The translations under genes were made by a program, and so were the position numbers. Positions 38,220-48,137 of a DNA stretch of 64,000 bases are shown here, in pieces (the first letter of the stretch is position 1; each line of letters starts with the position of its first letter). The stretch is from Bdellovibrionales bacterium (GTDB lineage: Bacteria > Bdellovibrionota > Bdellovibrionia > Bdellovibrionales > UBA1609): assembly GCA_038144835.1 (NCBI GenBank), contig JAYQON010000002.1, positions 21,171 to 85,170 of the forward strand, in the 5' to 3' direction. Under the pieces are notes generated by a model. It was not told the DNA's origin. It searched no databases and worked only from the letters and a program-made list of their open reading frames with translations.

Positions 38220-38891
38220 ATGTCGTTTCGTTTCGGCGCTGCATTTTTCTTAGCATTTGCCTATCTGGGTTACTTTGCTTCTATGAACGCATGGAACGGA
38301 AATATCTACGTTTATGTGGGAGAAACTCGCGCTCCTGCGGCAACACGCTCGATTAAAGATTACTCAATGTTAAGTCGCAAGGCTCTCAGTGAACGCTTTC
38401 ATAAGCAGCTTGTTGCGGACGCTGCTCTTTTTCGAGATCAAGGTTATTTGGGAGTACAATTAGGGCATCCCATCATTCCTAAGGCAGAAGGTGGTTGGGA
38501 TTTCGCGTGCAACACACCCGCGAGACAAGGGCTTTTTAATCGGATCCGCCTCACCTTCATGGGGACAGGTGTCGCTGAAAGCGGTCAACCGCCCAAGATG
38601 ACGGTAGAAGGGTCTTGCCGTTCTGGAGGCAGTCTTGATCAATTGGCCACTTTTTGGGTTCCAATAAGTGAAATTTTACGTTCCCAAGCTCGTGAGCAAG
38701 ATGTGTATTCTGAAGATCTAATTATTCGTTTGCGCGATATTCCTGATGAATGGCCTGAGAGTTGGGCTTTAAAAGAGATAAAACTCTTTAAGCAAAATGA
38801 TGAAGAAGATTATATCGAGGTCGGCGCCTCGCTACTAATGGAGGCGCGTGCTAAAATGCTCGTGTTTGAATGGAAAAACAAATCGCTTTAA
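38220..38891 (+). CDS. hypothetical membrane-anchored/exported protein
   Basis: 223 aa with an N-terminal hydrophobic segment (AAFFLAFAYLGYFA). No motif recognised. Confidence 0.45.
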   Translation: MSFRFGAAFFLAFAYLGYFASMNAWNGNIYVYVGETRAPAATRSIKDYSMLSRKALSERFHKQLVADAALFRDQGYLGVQLGHPIIPKAEGGWDFACNTPARQGLFNRIRLTFMGTGVAESGQPPKMTVEGSCRSGGSLDQLATFWVPISEILRSQAREQDVYSEDLIIRLRDIPDEWPESWALKEIKLFKQNDEEDYIEVGASLLMEARAKMLVFEWKNKSL

Positions 38892-40402
38892 AAGTTTTCA
38901 GCGAGTTCAACAAAGGTGCGAACTATGATTCCGGACGCACCCTTCTTGGGGTGATACGGGAACCGAGAATTGATGTTCCACGCTGTCCCAGCGATATCAA
39001 AGTGTGCCCAAGGTATGCCGTCTCCCACCATCTCTTCAAGAAAAGCTGCGGCGGTTGAACTTCCGGCTAGGCGTCCGCCAGAGATGTTGCAAAGGTCCGC
39101 ATGGGTGCCCTTCATGTCTTCGACGTGGAAGTCAGTAAGGGGCATAGGCCACACAAGTTCTCCGCTGCGCTCCGCAGCATCTTGAATTTTGCGCATGAGT
39201 TTTGTATCGCGAGTGAACACTCCTGTATGCGTGTTACCCAAAGCTATGAGAATAGCACCAGTTAGGGTTGCTGCTTCAAAAATTGCGGCCGGTTTTTGTT
39301 CGCTGGCGTAGGCCAAGGCATCGCCAAGAATTAATCGACCTTCCGCATCCGTATTAAAGACTTCAACCGACTTTCCATTTCTTGCGAAATAAACATCCCC
39401 TGGTTTTAGGGCGGATGGTCCGGGCATATTTTCAGTTGATGGAACATAGGCGACTACGTTGACCTTAGCTTTTAGTTTGGCAAGAGCCAACATGGTCCCG
39501 ATGACGGCGGCTCCACCGCACATATCGTACTTCATTTCTTCCATCGAAGCGCCAGGTTTTAGGCTTATCCCTCCAGAGTCGAAAGTTAGGCCTTTACCCA
39601 CAAATGCGATCGGCTTTTGGCTTTTGCCAGCGCCATTATATTCCATGACAATCATGCGTGGCTCTTCCAGCGAGCCTTGGGCCACGGCCAGTAACCCGCC
39701 GAAGCGCTCCTTTTTGATGCGTGCACGATCCCAAACGGTAACTTTGAGCCCCGTCCCTTTGGCCGCTTTAACTGTCTCGTCTGCGAGTATCGAGGGTGTG
39801 ATGTAGTTGCCCGGGTGATCGCCCAACCAGCGCGTGAAATTTTGGCACTCGGATAGAATCTCGGCTCGCTGAAGCGCCTTGACCTGAGCGGCGGAGGGAG
39901 CATTGGTCATTAAAAGGCATATTTCTTTTAACTGCGGCTTGTCTTCTTTCTTGCCATTCTTTTTTCCGGCAGTTTTCAGTTCATCAAAATCGTAGTCGCA
40001 GAGTCCAAAGCCTTCAGCTAATGCCTGCAAGGCAGTGTTGGACTCACGGAAGAATTTTAAGAACGAGTCACCAAAAACCGCTGCACTCACGACTTTTTGA
40101 GCCTTGAGCGCGCCGTAAACGACAGCGGCGGCAACACGCAGAGATTCTCCGTCGATGTGATCCGTATCACCCAACCCAACGAGCAAGACGTTGGTGTAGC
40201 CATCCACATCGCAGCGGCGGAAAAAACAGGTTTCTTTTTTGTCACCAGTAAAACCAGAATCGGTCTGGGCGTAGGCGATCAGCTTTTGCAAGTTAGGGGA
40301 AAGTTTAGCGACGGAAGGTTTGTTTTCTTTTTTATTTTTAGCAGCAAATACGACCAAGGTGGAGGCATCAACGGACAAGCCCTTTTTCACTATGACTTTC
40401 AT
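38888..40402 (-). CDS. pepA: leucyl aminopeptidase (M17)
   Basis: M17 catalytic region: VGKGLTFDSGGISLKP, MKYDMCGGAAV, NTDAEGRL. Confidence 0.9.
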   Translation of the reverse strand: MKVIVKKGLSVDASTLVVFAAKNKKENKPSVAKLSPNLQKLIAYAQTDSGFTGDKKETCFFRRCDVDGYTNVLLVGLGDTDHIDGESLRVAAAVVYGALKAQKVVSAAVFGDSFLKFFRESNTALQALAEGFGLCDYDFDELKTAGKKNGKKEDKPQLKEICLLMTNAPSAAQVKALQRAEILSECQNFTRWLGDHPGNYITPSILADETVKAAKGTGLKVTVWDRARIKKERFGGLLAVAQGSLEEPRMIVMEYNGAGKSQKPIAFVGKGLTFDSGGISLKPGASMEEMKYDMCGGAAVIGTMLALAKLKAKVNVVAYVPSTENMPGPSALKPGDVYFARNGKSVEVFNTDAEGRLILGDALAYASEQKPAAIFEAATLTGAILIALGNTHTGVFTRDTKLMRKIQDAAERSGELVWPMPLTDFHVEDMKGTHADLCNISGGRLAGSSTAAAFLEEMVGDGIPWAHFDIAGTAWNINSRFPYHPKKGASGIIVRTFVELAENF

Positions 40403-40671
40403 TTTTTATTTCCCTTGCGTTTTCTAATTGTTTTTACGTATTGATTTCTTTTGTGCGTGATTCTTGATCAAATTGAACCCTATTTACGCGCAGCAAAATC
40501 AACACGTGGCCGGACTCGACTTGAGGCTGGTTCTAGCACAGCGTATAAGGCGAATAAAGGCTTTTCCCAAAACTCCAGTTTAAAGGAATTTCTCCCGAGA
40601 AGTTCTTGTCAGAACTGAAGAAAACTCCATATTTGGAGATAGGCTTTAACCGCGGGAGTGCAACGGTGAAT

Positions 40672-41283
40672 ATGAATCTTGTCCCAATAGTTGTCGAGCA
40701 AACGGCTCGAGGCGAACGTAGTTACGACATTTATTCTCGCTTGCTCAAAGAGCGCATTATTCTTTTGGGAACCCCTGTCACCGACGATGTTGCCAACGTG
40801 ATCATTGCGCAAATGTTTTTCCTCGAGATGGAGAATCCAGATCGAGACATTCATCTTTATATAAACTCACCCGGAGGCAGTGTTTCAGCGGGGCTGGCAA
40901 TTTATGATATCATGCAATTTGTACGCTGCGATGTAAGTACGTATTGCATCGGTATGGCTGCCAGTATGGGCTCTTTGCTTTTGACTGCGGGAGCTAAAGG
41001 CAAACGCTACATACTTCCGCACTCAAAAACAATGATTCACCAACCTCTGATTGCGGGAGGAGGTCTCTCGGGTCAAGTTAGCGATATTGAAATTCATGCG
41101 CGTGAGATGATTAATACTAAGCGTAAATTGACCGAGATTTACGTCAAACATACCGGACATGATTTTGATTTTCTGACCCAAGCTATGGATCGCGACAGAT
41201 ACATGAGTGCTGACGAATCGAAGGAATTCGGATTGGTTGATCACGTGGTTGAAAAGCGCAAATCCAACAAGGAAAACACATGA
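40672..41283 (+). CDS. clpP: ATP-dependent Clp protease proteolytic subunit
   Basis: [27 protein letters not shown], catalytic GMAASMGS, and HQP. Start moved to ATG 40672. Confidence 0.95.
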   Translation: MNLVPIVVEQTARGERSYDIYSRLLKERIILLGTPVTDDVANVIIAQMFFLEMENPDRDIHLYINSPGGSVSAGLAIYDIMQFVRCDVSTYCIGMAASMGSLLLTAGAKGKRYILPHSKTMIHQPLIAGGGLSGQVSDIEIHAREMINTKRKLTEIYVKHTGHDFDFLTQAMDRDRYMSADESKEFGLVDHVVEKRKSNKENT

Positions 41284-42590
41284 GTAAAGAAAAGAATGGA
41301 AGCTACGGAACTCTTTGCTGCAGCTTTTGTGGCAAAAGCCAAAAAGAAGTTAAAAAGCTGATTGCAGGTCCGGGCGTTTATATTTGCGATGAGTGTATTG
41401 AGCTTTGCAATGACATTATTGCCGAGGAGCGCGAGAGAGAAGAAAGCACAAAGGTACAGCTCTCCGTTCCAAAGCCTGTTGATATCAAGGCCTTTTTGGA
41501 CGACTACGTGATTGGCCAAGAAAAGGCCAAAAAGACCCTCTCAGTCGCTGTGCACAATCATTACAAGCGCATTAATTTTATGAAGGGTGGTCGCTCTAAG
41601 AAAGAGGATGTTGAGATTTCAAAAAGCAACATTTTGCTGATCGGGCCTACGGGTTCGGGCAAAACTCTTTTGGCGCAAACCATTGCCAAAATACTGAACG
41701 TGCCTTTCGCGATGGCCGACGCCACGGCTTTGACGGAAGCAGGGTATGTGGGTGAAGATGTCGAAAACGTCGTACTCAATCTTTTGCAGGCCGCCGACTA
41801 TGATGTTGAGAAGTGTCAAAAAGGCGTCATATACATTGACGAAATAGACAAGATCTCGCGCAAATCAGAGAACCCATCGATCACTCGTGATGTGAGTGGA
41901 GAAGGGGTGCAGCAGGCCCTGCTTAAAATTCTTGAAGGCACAATCGCCAATTTGCCACCTAAAGGCGGGCGCAAGCACCCGCAACAAGAATTTATCCAGA
42001 TCGATACCACCAATATTCTGTTCATTGTGGGTGGGGCTTTCGTCGGGCTTGATAAAGTTATCGACGCCCGGATTTCCAGCCGATCAATGGGCATTGCGGC
42101 AGATATTAAAACTAAAGAAGACAAACTTTCGGGCAAAGAAAACGTACTTCAACGTGTGGAACCCGACGATTTGGTTCGTTTTGGCTTGATTCCAGAGTTC
42201 ATAGGCCGTCTGCCCTCGGTCGCGGTCCTGGATCCGTTGGATGAGGCCGCTTTGATTGATATTTTAGTGAAACCCAAAAACGCCCTCACCAAGCAGTACA
42301 CAAAGCTTTTCTCCTACGAAAATGTCGACCTCAAGTTTGAGGATAACGCCTTGCGGGCCATTGCTCAGGAGGCCATCAAACGAAATACGGGCGCCCGTGG
42401 TCTGCGTGGTGTGATTGAGAGTGCAATGCTGGACATTATGTTTGAAATTCCATCCAAACCGAACGTGAAGGAATGCATAATCACCGAAGACGTGATCACC
42501 AAGCATGAAAAGCCACAGCTGATCCTTGGTCAGAAAGAAGCCAAGAGTAAAGAGAGTGGGGCTACCGGTGACTCGGCTGAGTCTGCCTAA
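41280..42590 (+). CDS. clpX: ATP-dependent Clp protease ATP-binding subunit ClpX
   Basis: Zinc-binding CSFCGK...CDEC, Walker A GPTGSGKT, pore loop GYVGEDV, and an IGF-loop region (SMGIAAD). Confidence 0.95.
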   Translation: MSKEKNGSYGTLCCSFCGKSQKEVKKLIAGPGVYICDECIELCNDIIAEEREREESTKVQLSVPKPVDIKAFLDDYVIGQEKAKKTLSVAVHNHYKRINFMKGGRSKKEDVEISKSNILLIGPTGSGKTLLAQTIAKILNVPFAMADATALTEAGYVGEDVENVVLNLLQAADYDVEKCQKGVIYIDEIDKISRKSENPSITRDVSGEGVQQALLKILEGTIANLPPKGGRKHPQQEFIQIDTTNILFIVGGAFVGLDKVIDARISSRSMGIAADIKTKEDKLSGKENVLQRVEPDDLVRFGLIPEFIGRLPSVAVLDPLDEAALIDILVKPKNALTKQYTKLFSYENVDLKFEDNALRAIAQEAIKRNTGARGLRGVIESAMLDIMFEIPSKPNVKECIITEDVITKHEKPQLILGQKEAKSKESGATGDSAESA

Positions 42591-42620
42591 GACTTTCGTT
42601 AGATTTTGAATCTAAATGCG

Positions 42621-42660
42621 AACAGGCCAACACTACCGTTGGCCTGTTGAATTTTATTTT
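42621..42660 (+). terminator. rho-independent terminator after clpX
   Basis: 11-bp stem AACAGGCCAAC / GTTGGCCTGTT with a 6-nt loop, followed by GAATTTTATTTT. Confidence 0.7.
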
Positions 42661-42851
42661 CACGGTTATGTTAGGCCGTAATTGAAAATTTCACCCATAG
42701 ATTTCAACGTAGCTGCGTTAAGAATCAATAAACCGGCTTTGACGGATAACTCTTTTGGCCTCAAAATAAAGTTTAAGATCTTGTGAAGTGGCTCAGCCGC
42801 GTTACAAGGCTTAAGAGGCAAATCTCTTATGAGGCAAATAAGGAGAGGTAA

Positions 42852-45305
42852 ATGACTACAACGTCAGCGTCCTCAGGCAGTCAAAAACTACCCCTGTTAC
42901 CACTGCGTGATCTGATCATTTTTCCGCACATGATGATGCCGCTGTTTGTGGGACGTGAAAAGAGCATAAATGCTCTTGAAGAAGCGATGAGCAAACAAAC
43001 TGACATTATTTTGGCGGCTCAGCGTGATGCAAAGACAAACAGTCCCGAACCCAAAGACATCTATTCCGTAGGAACTGTAGGTACGATCATACAATTGTTG
43101 CGGTTACCGGATGGCACTGTAAAAGTTCTGGTCGAAGGAAAACGTCGCGTTCATATCAAGGAATATGTACAGACCGACGGTTTTTTCGTGGCGGCAATTG
43201 AGGACATCATTGAAATCACCGCAAATGAAACTGAAGCAAAGGCTTTGGTGCGTTCGGTAAAGTCGACCTTCGAAACCTATGTAAAGTTGAATAAGCGCAT
43301 TCCTCCCGAGATACTGATGCGTGTATCAACCATCGAGGATATCGGAGAGTTGGCGGACATTATTGTCGCTCAGTTAAATCTAAAACTGGAGGATAAGCAG
43401 AAGATTCTGGAGATTTTTGATCCTGGCCAACGTCTTGAAGAGCTGCTCAATCTAATGACCAGCGAAATTGAAATTCTCGAGGTTGAGAAAATGATTCGAA
43501 TTGGCGTCAAGAAGCAGATGGAGAAATCTCAGAAAGAATATTATTTGAACGAGCAGATGCAGGCGATTCAGAAGGAGCTTGGCGAAAAAGACGATTACCA
43601 AGCAGAATTGCAAGAGCTCGAAGAACGGGCCGCTAAGAAAAAATGGACAAAAGAGGCGGGAGAACGTGTACGCAAGGAAATTAAAAAATTGCGTATGATG
43701 TCTCCGATGAGCGCTGAAGCTACAGTTGTGCGCAATTATGTTGATTGGATGCTTGATCTTCCATGGAGAGACTATGCGGAGGAAAAACATGACATTGAAG
43801 AAGCTGAAAAAATACTAGACGAAGACCATTGGGGTCTGGAGAAGGTCAAAGAGCGCATTCTTGAACATTTAGCTGTGCAGTCTCTAACCGATAAATTGCG
43901 TGGACCCATTTTGTGTCTCGTTGGACCGCCAGGAGTAGGAAAGACTTCTTTGGCTCGATCTGTGGCGCGCTCATTGAATCGCCCTTTCACGCGTATCAGT
44001 TTGGGAGGAGTCCGAGATGAGGCTGAAATTCGCGGTCACCGCAAAACCTATGTGGGTGCGATGCCCGGAAAGATCATTCAGGCGTTAAGGAAAGTTGATA
44101 AGGGCAATCCGCTCATCTTATTGGATGAAGTGGACAAAATGAGTATGGACTTTCGCGGAGATCCCTCGGCGGCTCTTCTTGAGGTTTTAGATCCTGAGCA
44201 AAATAGTTCGTTTCAGGACCATTATCTCGAAGTTGATTATGATCTATCTCCCGTATTGTTTTTTACAACAGCCAATTCTTTGCATCCCATTCCTCGGCCC
44301 TTACTTGATCGGATGGAAGTGATTCAACTCGAAGGCTACACGGAGAGCGAAAAATTCAATATTGCGAAGCGCTATCTTGTGCCCAAGCAGATTGAAATGC
44401 ATGGATTAAAAGATCGCAAAGTTTCTTTCAATGAGCCATCGATCAAAGAGATCATTCGATCATATACGCGTGAAGCAGGTGTTCGTAATCTCGAACGTCA
44501 AGTGGCCACAGTTTGCAGAAAGCTAGCTAAGGACATCGTGCGTGAAGAAATGAAGGCGAACCACAGCAAAAAAGGTAAAGCCAAGGGCACAGCTTCACAC
44601 ATGATCACGCCGAAAAAAGTGACGGAGTATCTGGGTCCCAACAAATTTAAATTCGGAAAAATTGAGGGTGCCAATGAGATCGGTTTGACCAATGGGTTAG
44701 CTTGGACCGAAGTCGGCGGGGATTTACTTGTTGTCGAGGTGTCTGTTGTTCCAGGTAAAGGGCGTTTTACGGTCACTGGTCAATTGGGTGATGTGATGAA
44801 AGAGTCTTGCTCGGCAGCAATGAGTTACGTCCGATCGCGCGGACCTCTCTTTGGTATCGACAAAGAGTACTTCGCTAACACCGACGTTCACATCCACGTT
44901 CCAGAGGGTGCCATTCCCAAAGATGGTCCTTCTGCTGGAATTGCAATTACCACCAGCATTGTGTCATCAATGTTAAGGGTGCCCGTGCGTCGCCAAGTGG
45001 CCATGACCGGAGAAGTAACTTTGCGCGGTCGTGTGCTCGCCATTGGTGGTTTAAAAGAGAAAGTGATGGCAGCGCATAGAGGTGGCATTCGAACTGTGAT
45101 TTGTCCTAAAGAGAACGAAAAGGATCTTAAAGATATCCCAAAAGAGGTGATCAAAGATCTTAAAGTCATACTGGTCGACCATGTTGACCAGGTATTGGTG
45201 AATGCTTTGGACGTCAAGAATGCCAAAGAAATTTTTAAGGCCCGTGGAGAAAGAGGCTCCGGACTCAAGGCTCAGTATACGGGCCACACGGCGCAGACTC
45301 ACTAG
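42852..45305 (+). CDS. lon: ATP-dependent Lon protease (LonA)
   Basis: LON N-domain, Walker [10 protein letters not shown], catalytic KDGPSAGIA, and a catalytic Lys region (GGLKEK). Confidence 0.95.
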   Translation: MTTTSASSGSQKLPLLPLRDLIIFPHMMMPLFVGREKSINALEEAMSKQTDIILAAQRDAKTNSPEPKDIYSVGTVGTIIQLLRLPDGTVKVLVEGKRRVHIKEYVQTDGFFVAAIEDIIEITANETEAKALVRSVKSTFETYVKLNKRIPPEILMRVSTIEDIGELADIIVAQLNLKLEDKQKILEIFDPGQRLEELLNLMTSEIEILEVEKMIRIGVKKQMEKSQKEYYLNEQMQAIQKELGEKDDYQAELQELEERAAKKKWTKEAGERVRKEIKKLRMMSPMSAEATVVRNYVDWMLDLPWRDYAEEKHDIEEAEKILDEDHWGLEKVKERILEHLAVQSLTDKLRGPILCLVGPPGVGKTSLARSVARSLNRPFTRISLGGVRDEAEIRGHRKTYVGAMPGKIIQALRKVDKGNPLILLDEVDKMSMDFRGDPSAALLEVLDPEQNSSFQDHYLEVDYDLSPVLFFTTANSLHPIPRPLLDRMEVIQLEGYTESEKFNIAKRYLVPKQIEMHGLKDRKVSFNEPSIKEIIRSYTREAGVRNLERQVATVCRKLAKDIVREEMKANHSKKGKAKGTASHMITPKKVTEYLGPNKFKFGKIEGANEIGLTNGLAWTEVGGDLLVVEVSVVPGKGRFTVTGQLGDVMKESCSAAMSYVRSRGPLFGIDKEYFANTDVHIHVPEGAIPKDGPSAGIAITTSIVSSMLRVPVRRQVAMTGEVTLRGRVLAIGGLKEKVMAAHRGGIRTVICPKENEKDLKDIPKEVIKDLKVILVDHVDQVLVNALDVKNAKEIFKARGERGSGLKAQYTGHTAQTH

Positions 45306-45326
45306 AGCCCAGCTTCGAAAGATCAA

Positions 45327-45354
45327 AAATCGGCCGCCTAAGGGCGGCCGATTT
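45327..45354. terminator. bidirectional rho-independent terminator between lon and the convergent AAA+ gene
   Basis: 12-bp stem AAATCGGCCGCC / GGCGGCCGATTT with a TAAG loop. An A-run lies on the left and a T-rich tract on the right. Confidence 0.7.
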
Positions 45355-45367
45355 GTTTAAGTAGAAG

Positions 45368-47872
45368 CTAACAATCAGACCCAGACCAGCGGCCCACACT
45401 AAAAACCACAAGGTTAAATGACCGTTCACCGGGATTGGTTTTAAGTAATGCCATTGCGATAGCGGTGCGCAGCTCACGATTGAGTAAACGCAGGGCTTCG
45501 CGGTTGCTCATGCCTTCCTGATAGAGCTGTTCTACTGCGGCATTTACGAAAGTTTCCTTATCAGAGATTTTAAGATTGAGTCTTTGAGCATGGCTTTGTT
45601 CTTGCAAAATTTTGTCTACATGTAGAGCTAAAACTTGTCTAAACTCAATTTTGCTTAAGCTTTCAGCTAACGCAACTTCTTGTACTCTATCCAAAAGGTA
45701 TTCGCTCATACCATCATTGATGATTTGCTGACGAAGATCTGATTCCGTCGTATCTGACTGTGTTTCGGATTGGGGGCGATAAAATCCGATGCGATTGGCG
45801 AGGCTGGCTTTACTCATTTTGATGGCAAAATTGCCAGCGATGATAAAAGAAGCGTTGCGCGCGGAAACACGAGCGGTGTTGATTCTTTGTCCCTTATGCG
45901 AGTGAGCGGGTAAATCAAAGATCCCGGAGTCAAGAATGTCCAGCAGAGCATCCACCATATGCTTGGGTGATTTATCCGCTTCATCGATTAAAAAAACAGT
46001 AAATGCGTTGATTTCTAACGCGGTCTTGATGTCACGCAAGAGATCTTCGGGCTGGCTATAGGCAGAATACTTATTCATCATGATGCGCACAAGAGGAAGC
46101 CCTAGAGCCTCGGCGTAGGCTGCCGCTAACTCACTTTTTCCTACGCCTTTTGGTCCCGCGATCAAAACACTCATGCGTGGTTGTTTAGGGTCATTGGTTC
46201 CGAGCAGCGCCGATACCGCTTGGCGAATCAATATGGCTTTGGCTGATTTTTGACCAATCACGCGATGATTCAATTTTTCGGGCAAGGCAACGAGTTTTTG
46301 GCGAATGGCTTCAGGCTCAAAATCTTGTACTCGTACTCCATGTACGCGTGCCGTTGCGGCGTCAATATCTGGCAAACTTAGGGCCCACGAACTTTGCCGG
46401 AGATCCTTCTCAGCAAAGGCATCTAATAGAATTCGAATTCCTTTGCGCGGTTGGGCGTCGACAGGGTTAAAACGTTCAGAGTTGTCAAAAACGCGTTTAA
46501 GAATGGCTGATTCCGGAACCTCGCGACCATTTTTTTTAGCCCAAGCTGCATATATAGCTATTGCCTCTTCCGCACTGGGAGCTTTTTGCTCAATGACTGC
46601 AAAACGTTGAATAAGTGCGGAGTCGTGTGAAAACGCCCGAAAAAATTCGCTGTTGGTCGACATTCCAAGAATTCTAATTTTTCCAGACGCCATATGTGGC
46701 TTTAACCATTGAAAAAAGTCATTAGAGTTTTCGCTGTGAGTGCCCTGACCAGCTAGGCTATGAATTTCGTCCATGACAAGAACCACAGGCCCCATTTGCG
46801 CACGAGCGAGAAGAGCTTTAATTCTTGATTCCATGGAGCCAATGAAGCGAGTTCCGGCACCTAAGCTTGAAGCATCGATATTCAAAAAGGCTGTTGAACG
46901 AGGTAGTTCGGGAATTTTTCCTAAAGCCACTTCACGTACAAAGCGCCTGATCAATTCGGTCTTTCCGCTTCCGGCGGGCCCTAAGATCACCGCGCTTCCC
47001 AATTCTTTTTTTATGAGCGCGCGTCTTAAATTATTTCGAGTTTCATCGTCTAGGGGATCATAGTCTAAAGTTTCTTGGCGCATCTCAGTGCTTAAATTTT
47101 GCGTGAAAGATGTCACTAGGCGAGAAGGGTCTGCGAGAACACCGCCACCCTTATCAACAGGTTGCACGTATGGAGTTTGGAATTTCAATTCCTGTTCGAA
47201 GGCGCGCAAGTCGATTTCGCGATTGCCGTCAACACCATCGAAAGTGATCAAATCATCATTTATGTTCTCACTATTTCCCAGTCGCTTTGAGTGATAGCGC
47301 TTATCTACGCTTATGAATTTGCCATCTTGGCGAATAACAAAAGTTTCGCCAGTGTTCAAAAAATCTCCAACGTCAGCTTGGGTTTTGGCGAATTCAGCTA
47401 AATTTCCCGGTTCTGCATGACCGATCGAGAGCAATAGGTATTTAGTACCATCACTGCTAGTAAAATAATTGGCCGTCCAATGCGTTGGATATGAGCCTTT
47501 CTTTGCAAAAGGTAAAGTGATCACTTCCCCGAGGTCTGTGATGATGAAATATTGCGCTTGAGCTTCGACAAAAATAATTTTGAAACCCGCGTGTGAACTA
47601 TAGGTTGTAAAACCCTTGCTGATAATTTTATTGGACTCACCCGGGATAGTGCTGAGCTTACCCGTTATCAAAGGAACGAAAAACCCTTTTTCATTGACTC
47701 TAAATACGCCGGCGTCCGCCTCGAAATGCAACTTTAAGCCATTGGCAAAAGTAAATGTTAGCGGTGGAGTAACCACCGGGAGCCCTGTTTTTGCCGGGTC
47801 ATCCTTACTGTCTTCGGCATGACTAAGCGTGGTTAAAAAAACGAAAAGAAAGCAATACAATAGACGTCCCAC
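45368..47872 (-). CDS. atypical ClpA/ClpB-like double AAA+ ATPase with novel N-terminal domain
   Basis: 834 aa. D1 has Walker A GPAGSGKT, Walker B VVLVMDEIH, and a loop AGTRFIGSMESR (compare ClpA AGTKYRGDFEKR). D2 has GPKGVGKS and FLIDEADK. The N-terminal ~270 aa is unrelated to Clp_N and begins with a hydrophobic signal-like segment. Confidence 0.8.
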   Translation of the reverse strand: MGRLLYCFLFVFLTTLSHAEDSKDDPAKTGLPVVTPPLTFTFANGLKLHFEADAGVFRVNEKGFFVPLITGKLSTIPGESNKIISKGFTTYSSHAGFKIIFVEAQAQYFIITDLGEVITLPFAKKGSYPTHWTANYFTSSDGTKYLLLSIGHAEPGNLAEFAKTQADVGDFLNTGETFVIRQDGKFISVDKRYHSKRLGNSENINDDLITFDGVDGNREIDLRAFEQELKFQTPYVQPVDKGGGVLADPSRLVTSFTQNLSTEMRQETLDYDPLDDETRNNLRRALIKKELGSAVILGPAGSGKTELIRRFVREVALGKIPELPRSTAFLNIDASSLGAGTRFIGSMESRIKALLARAQMGPVVLVMDEIHSLAGQGTHSENSNDFFQWLKPHMASGKIRILGMSTNSEFFRAFSHDSALIQRFAVIEQKAPSAEEAIAIYAAWAKKNGREVPESAILKRVFDNSERFNPVDAQPRKGIRILLDAFAEKDLRQSSWALSLPDIDAATARVHGVRVQDFEPEAIRQKLVALPEKLNHRVIGQKSAKAILIRQAVSALLGTNDPKQPRMSVLIAGPKGVGKSELAAAYAEALGLPLVRIMMNKYSAYSQPEDLLRDIKTALEINAFTVFLIDEADKSPKHMVDALLDILDSGIFDLPAHSHKGQRINTARVSARNASFIIAGNFAIKMSKASLANRIGFYRPQSETQSDTTESDLRQQIINDGMSEYLLDRVQEVALAESLSKIEFRQVLALHVDKILQEQSHAQRLNLKISDKETFVNAAVEQLYQEGMSNREALRLLNRELRTAIAMALLKTNPGERSFNLVVFSVGRWSGSDC

Positions 47873-48137
47873 CCGAAACCCTCCTCAAATTGGAACCAGC
47901 ACCATAGCGGCACCATTGCACCGGGTAAATTCGAGATAATTTATGGGAACTCTTAGATAAGTTGAGAGATCTCTTACATTCTTACAGAAAACCAGCTTTG
48001 GCGCTCTGGATGCGGCGTCCAACACCCTGTAATTCCAACAACGCGGGGCCGCTAAGGGGATTAGCTTGTGAATTGAGGAGTTTTTGTTCTAAAAATTCTT
48101 ACACAGGGCCCTGAAAAAATAGGACGGGGGAAATTAG

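Noticed and set aside
40463-40486. Sigma32-like heat-shock promoter upstream of clpP (CTTGAT...CCCTATTTA). A similar TTGAAA...CCCATAGA lies upstream of lon at 42682-42700.
   Set aside because: The spacers are only about 9 nt and about 6 nt, against about 14 nt in E. coli sigma32 promoters (for example dnaK P1 as I recall it). The resemblance is probably coincidental or reflects a different sigma specificity that I cannot evaluate.
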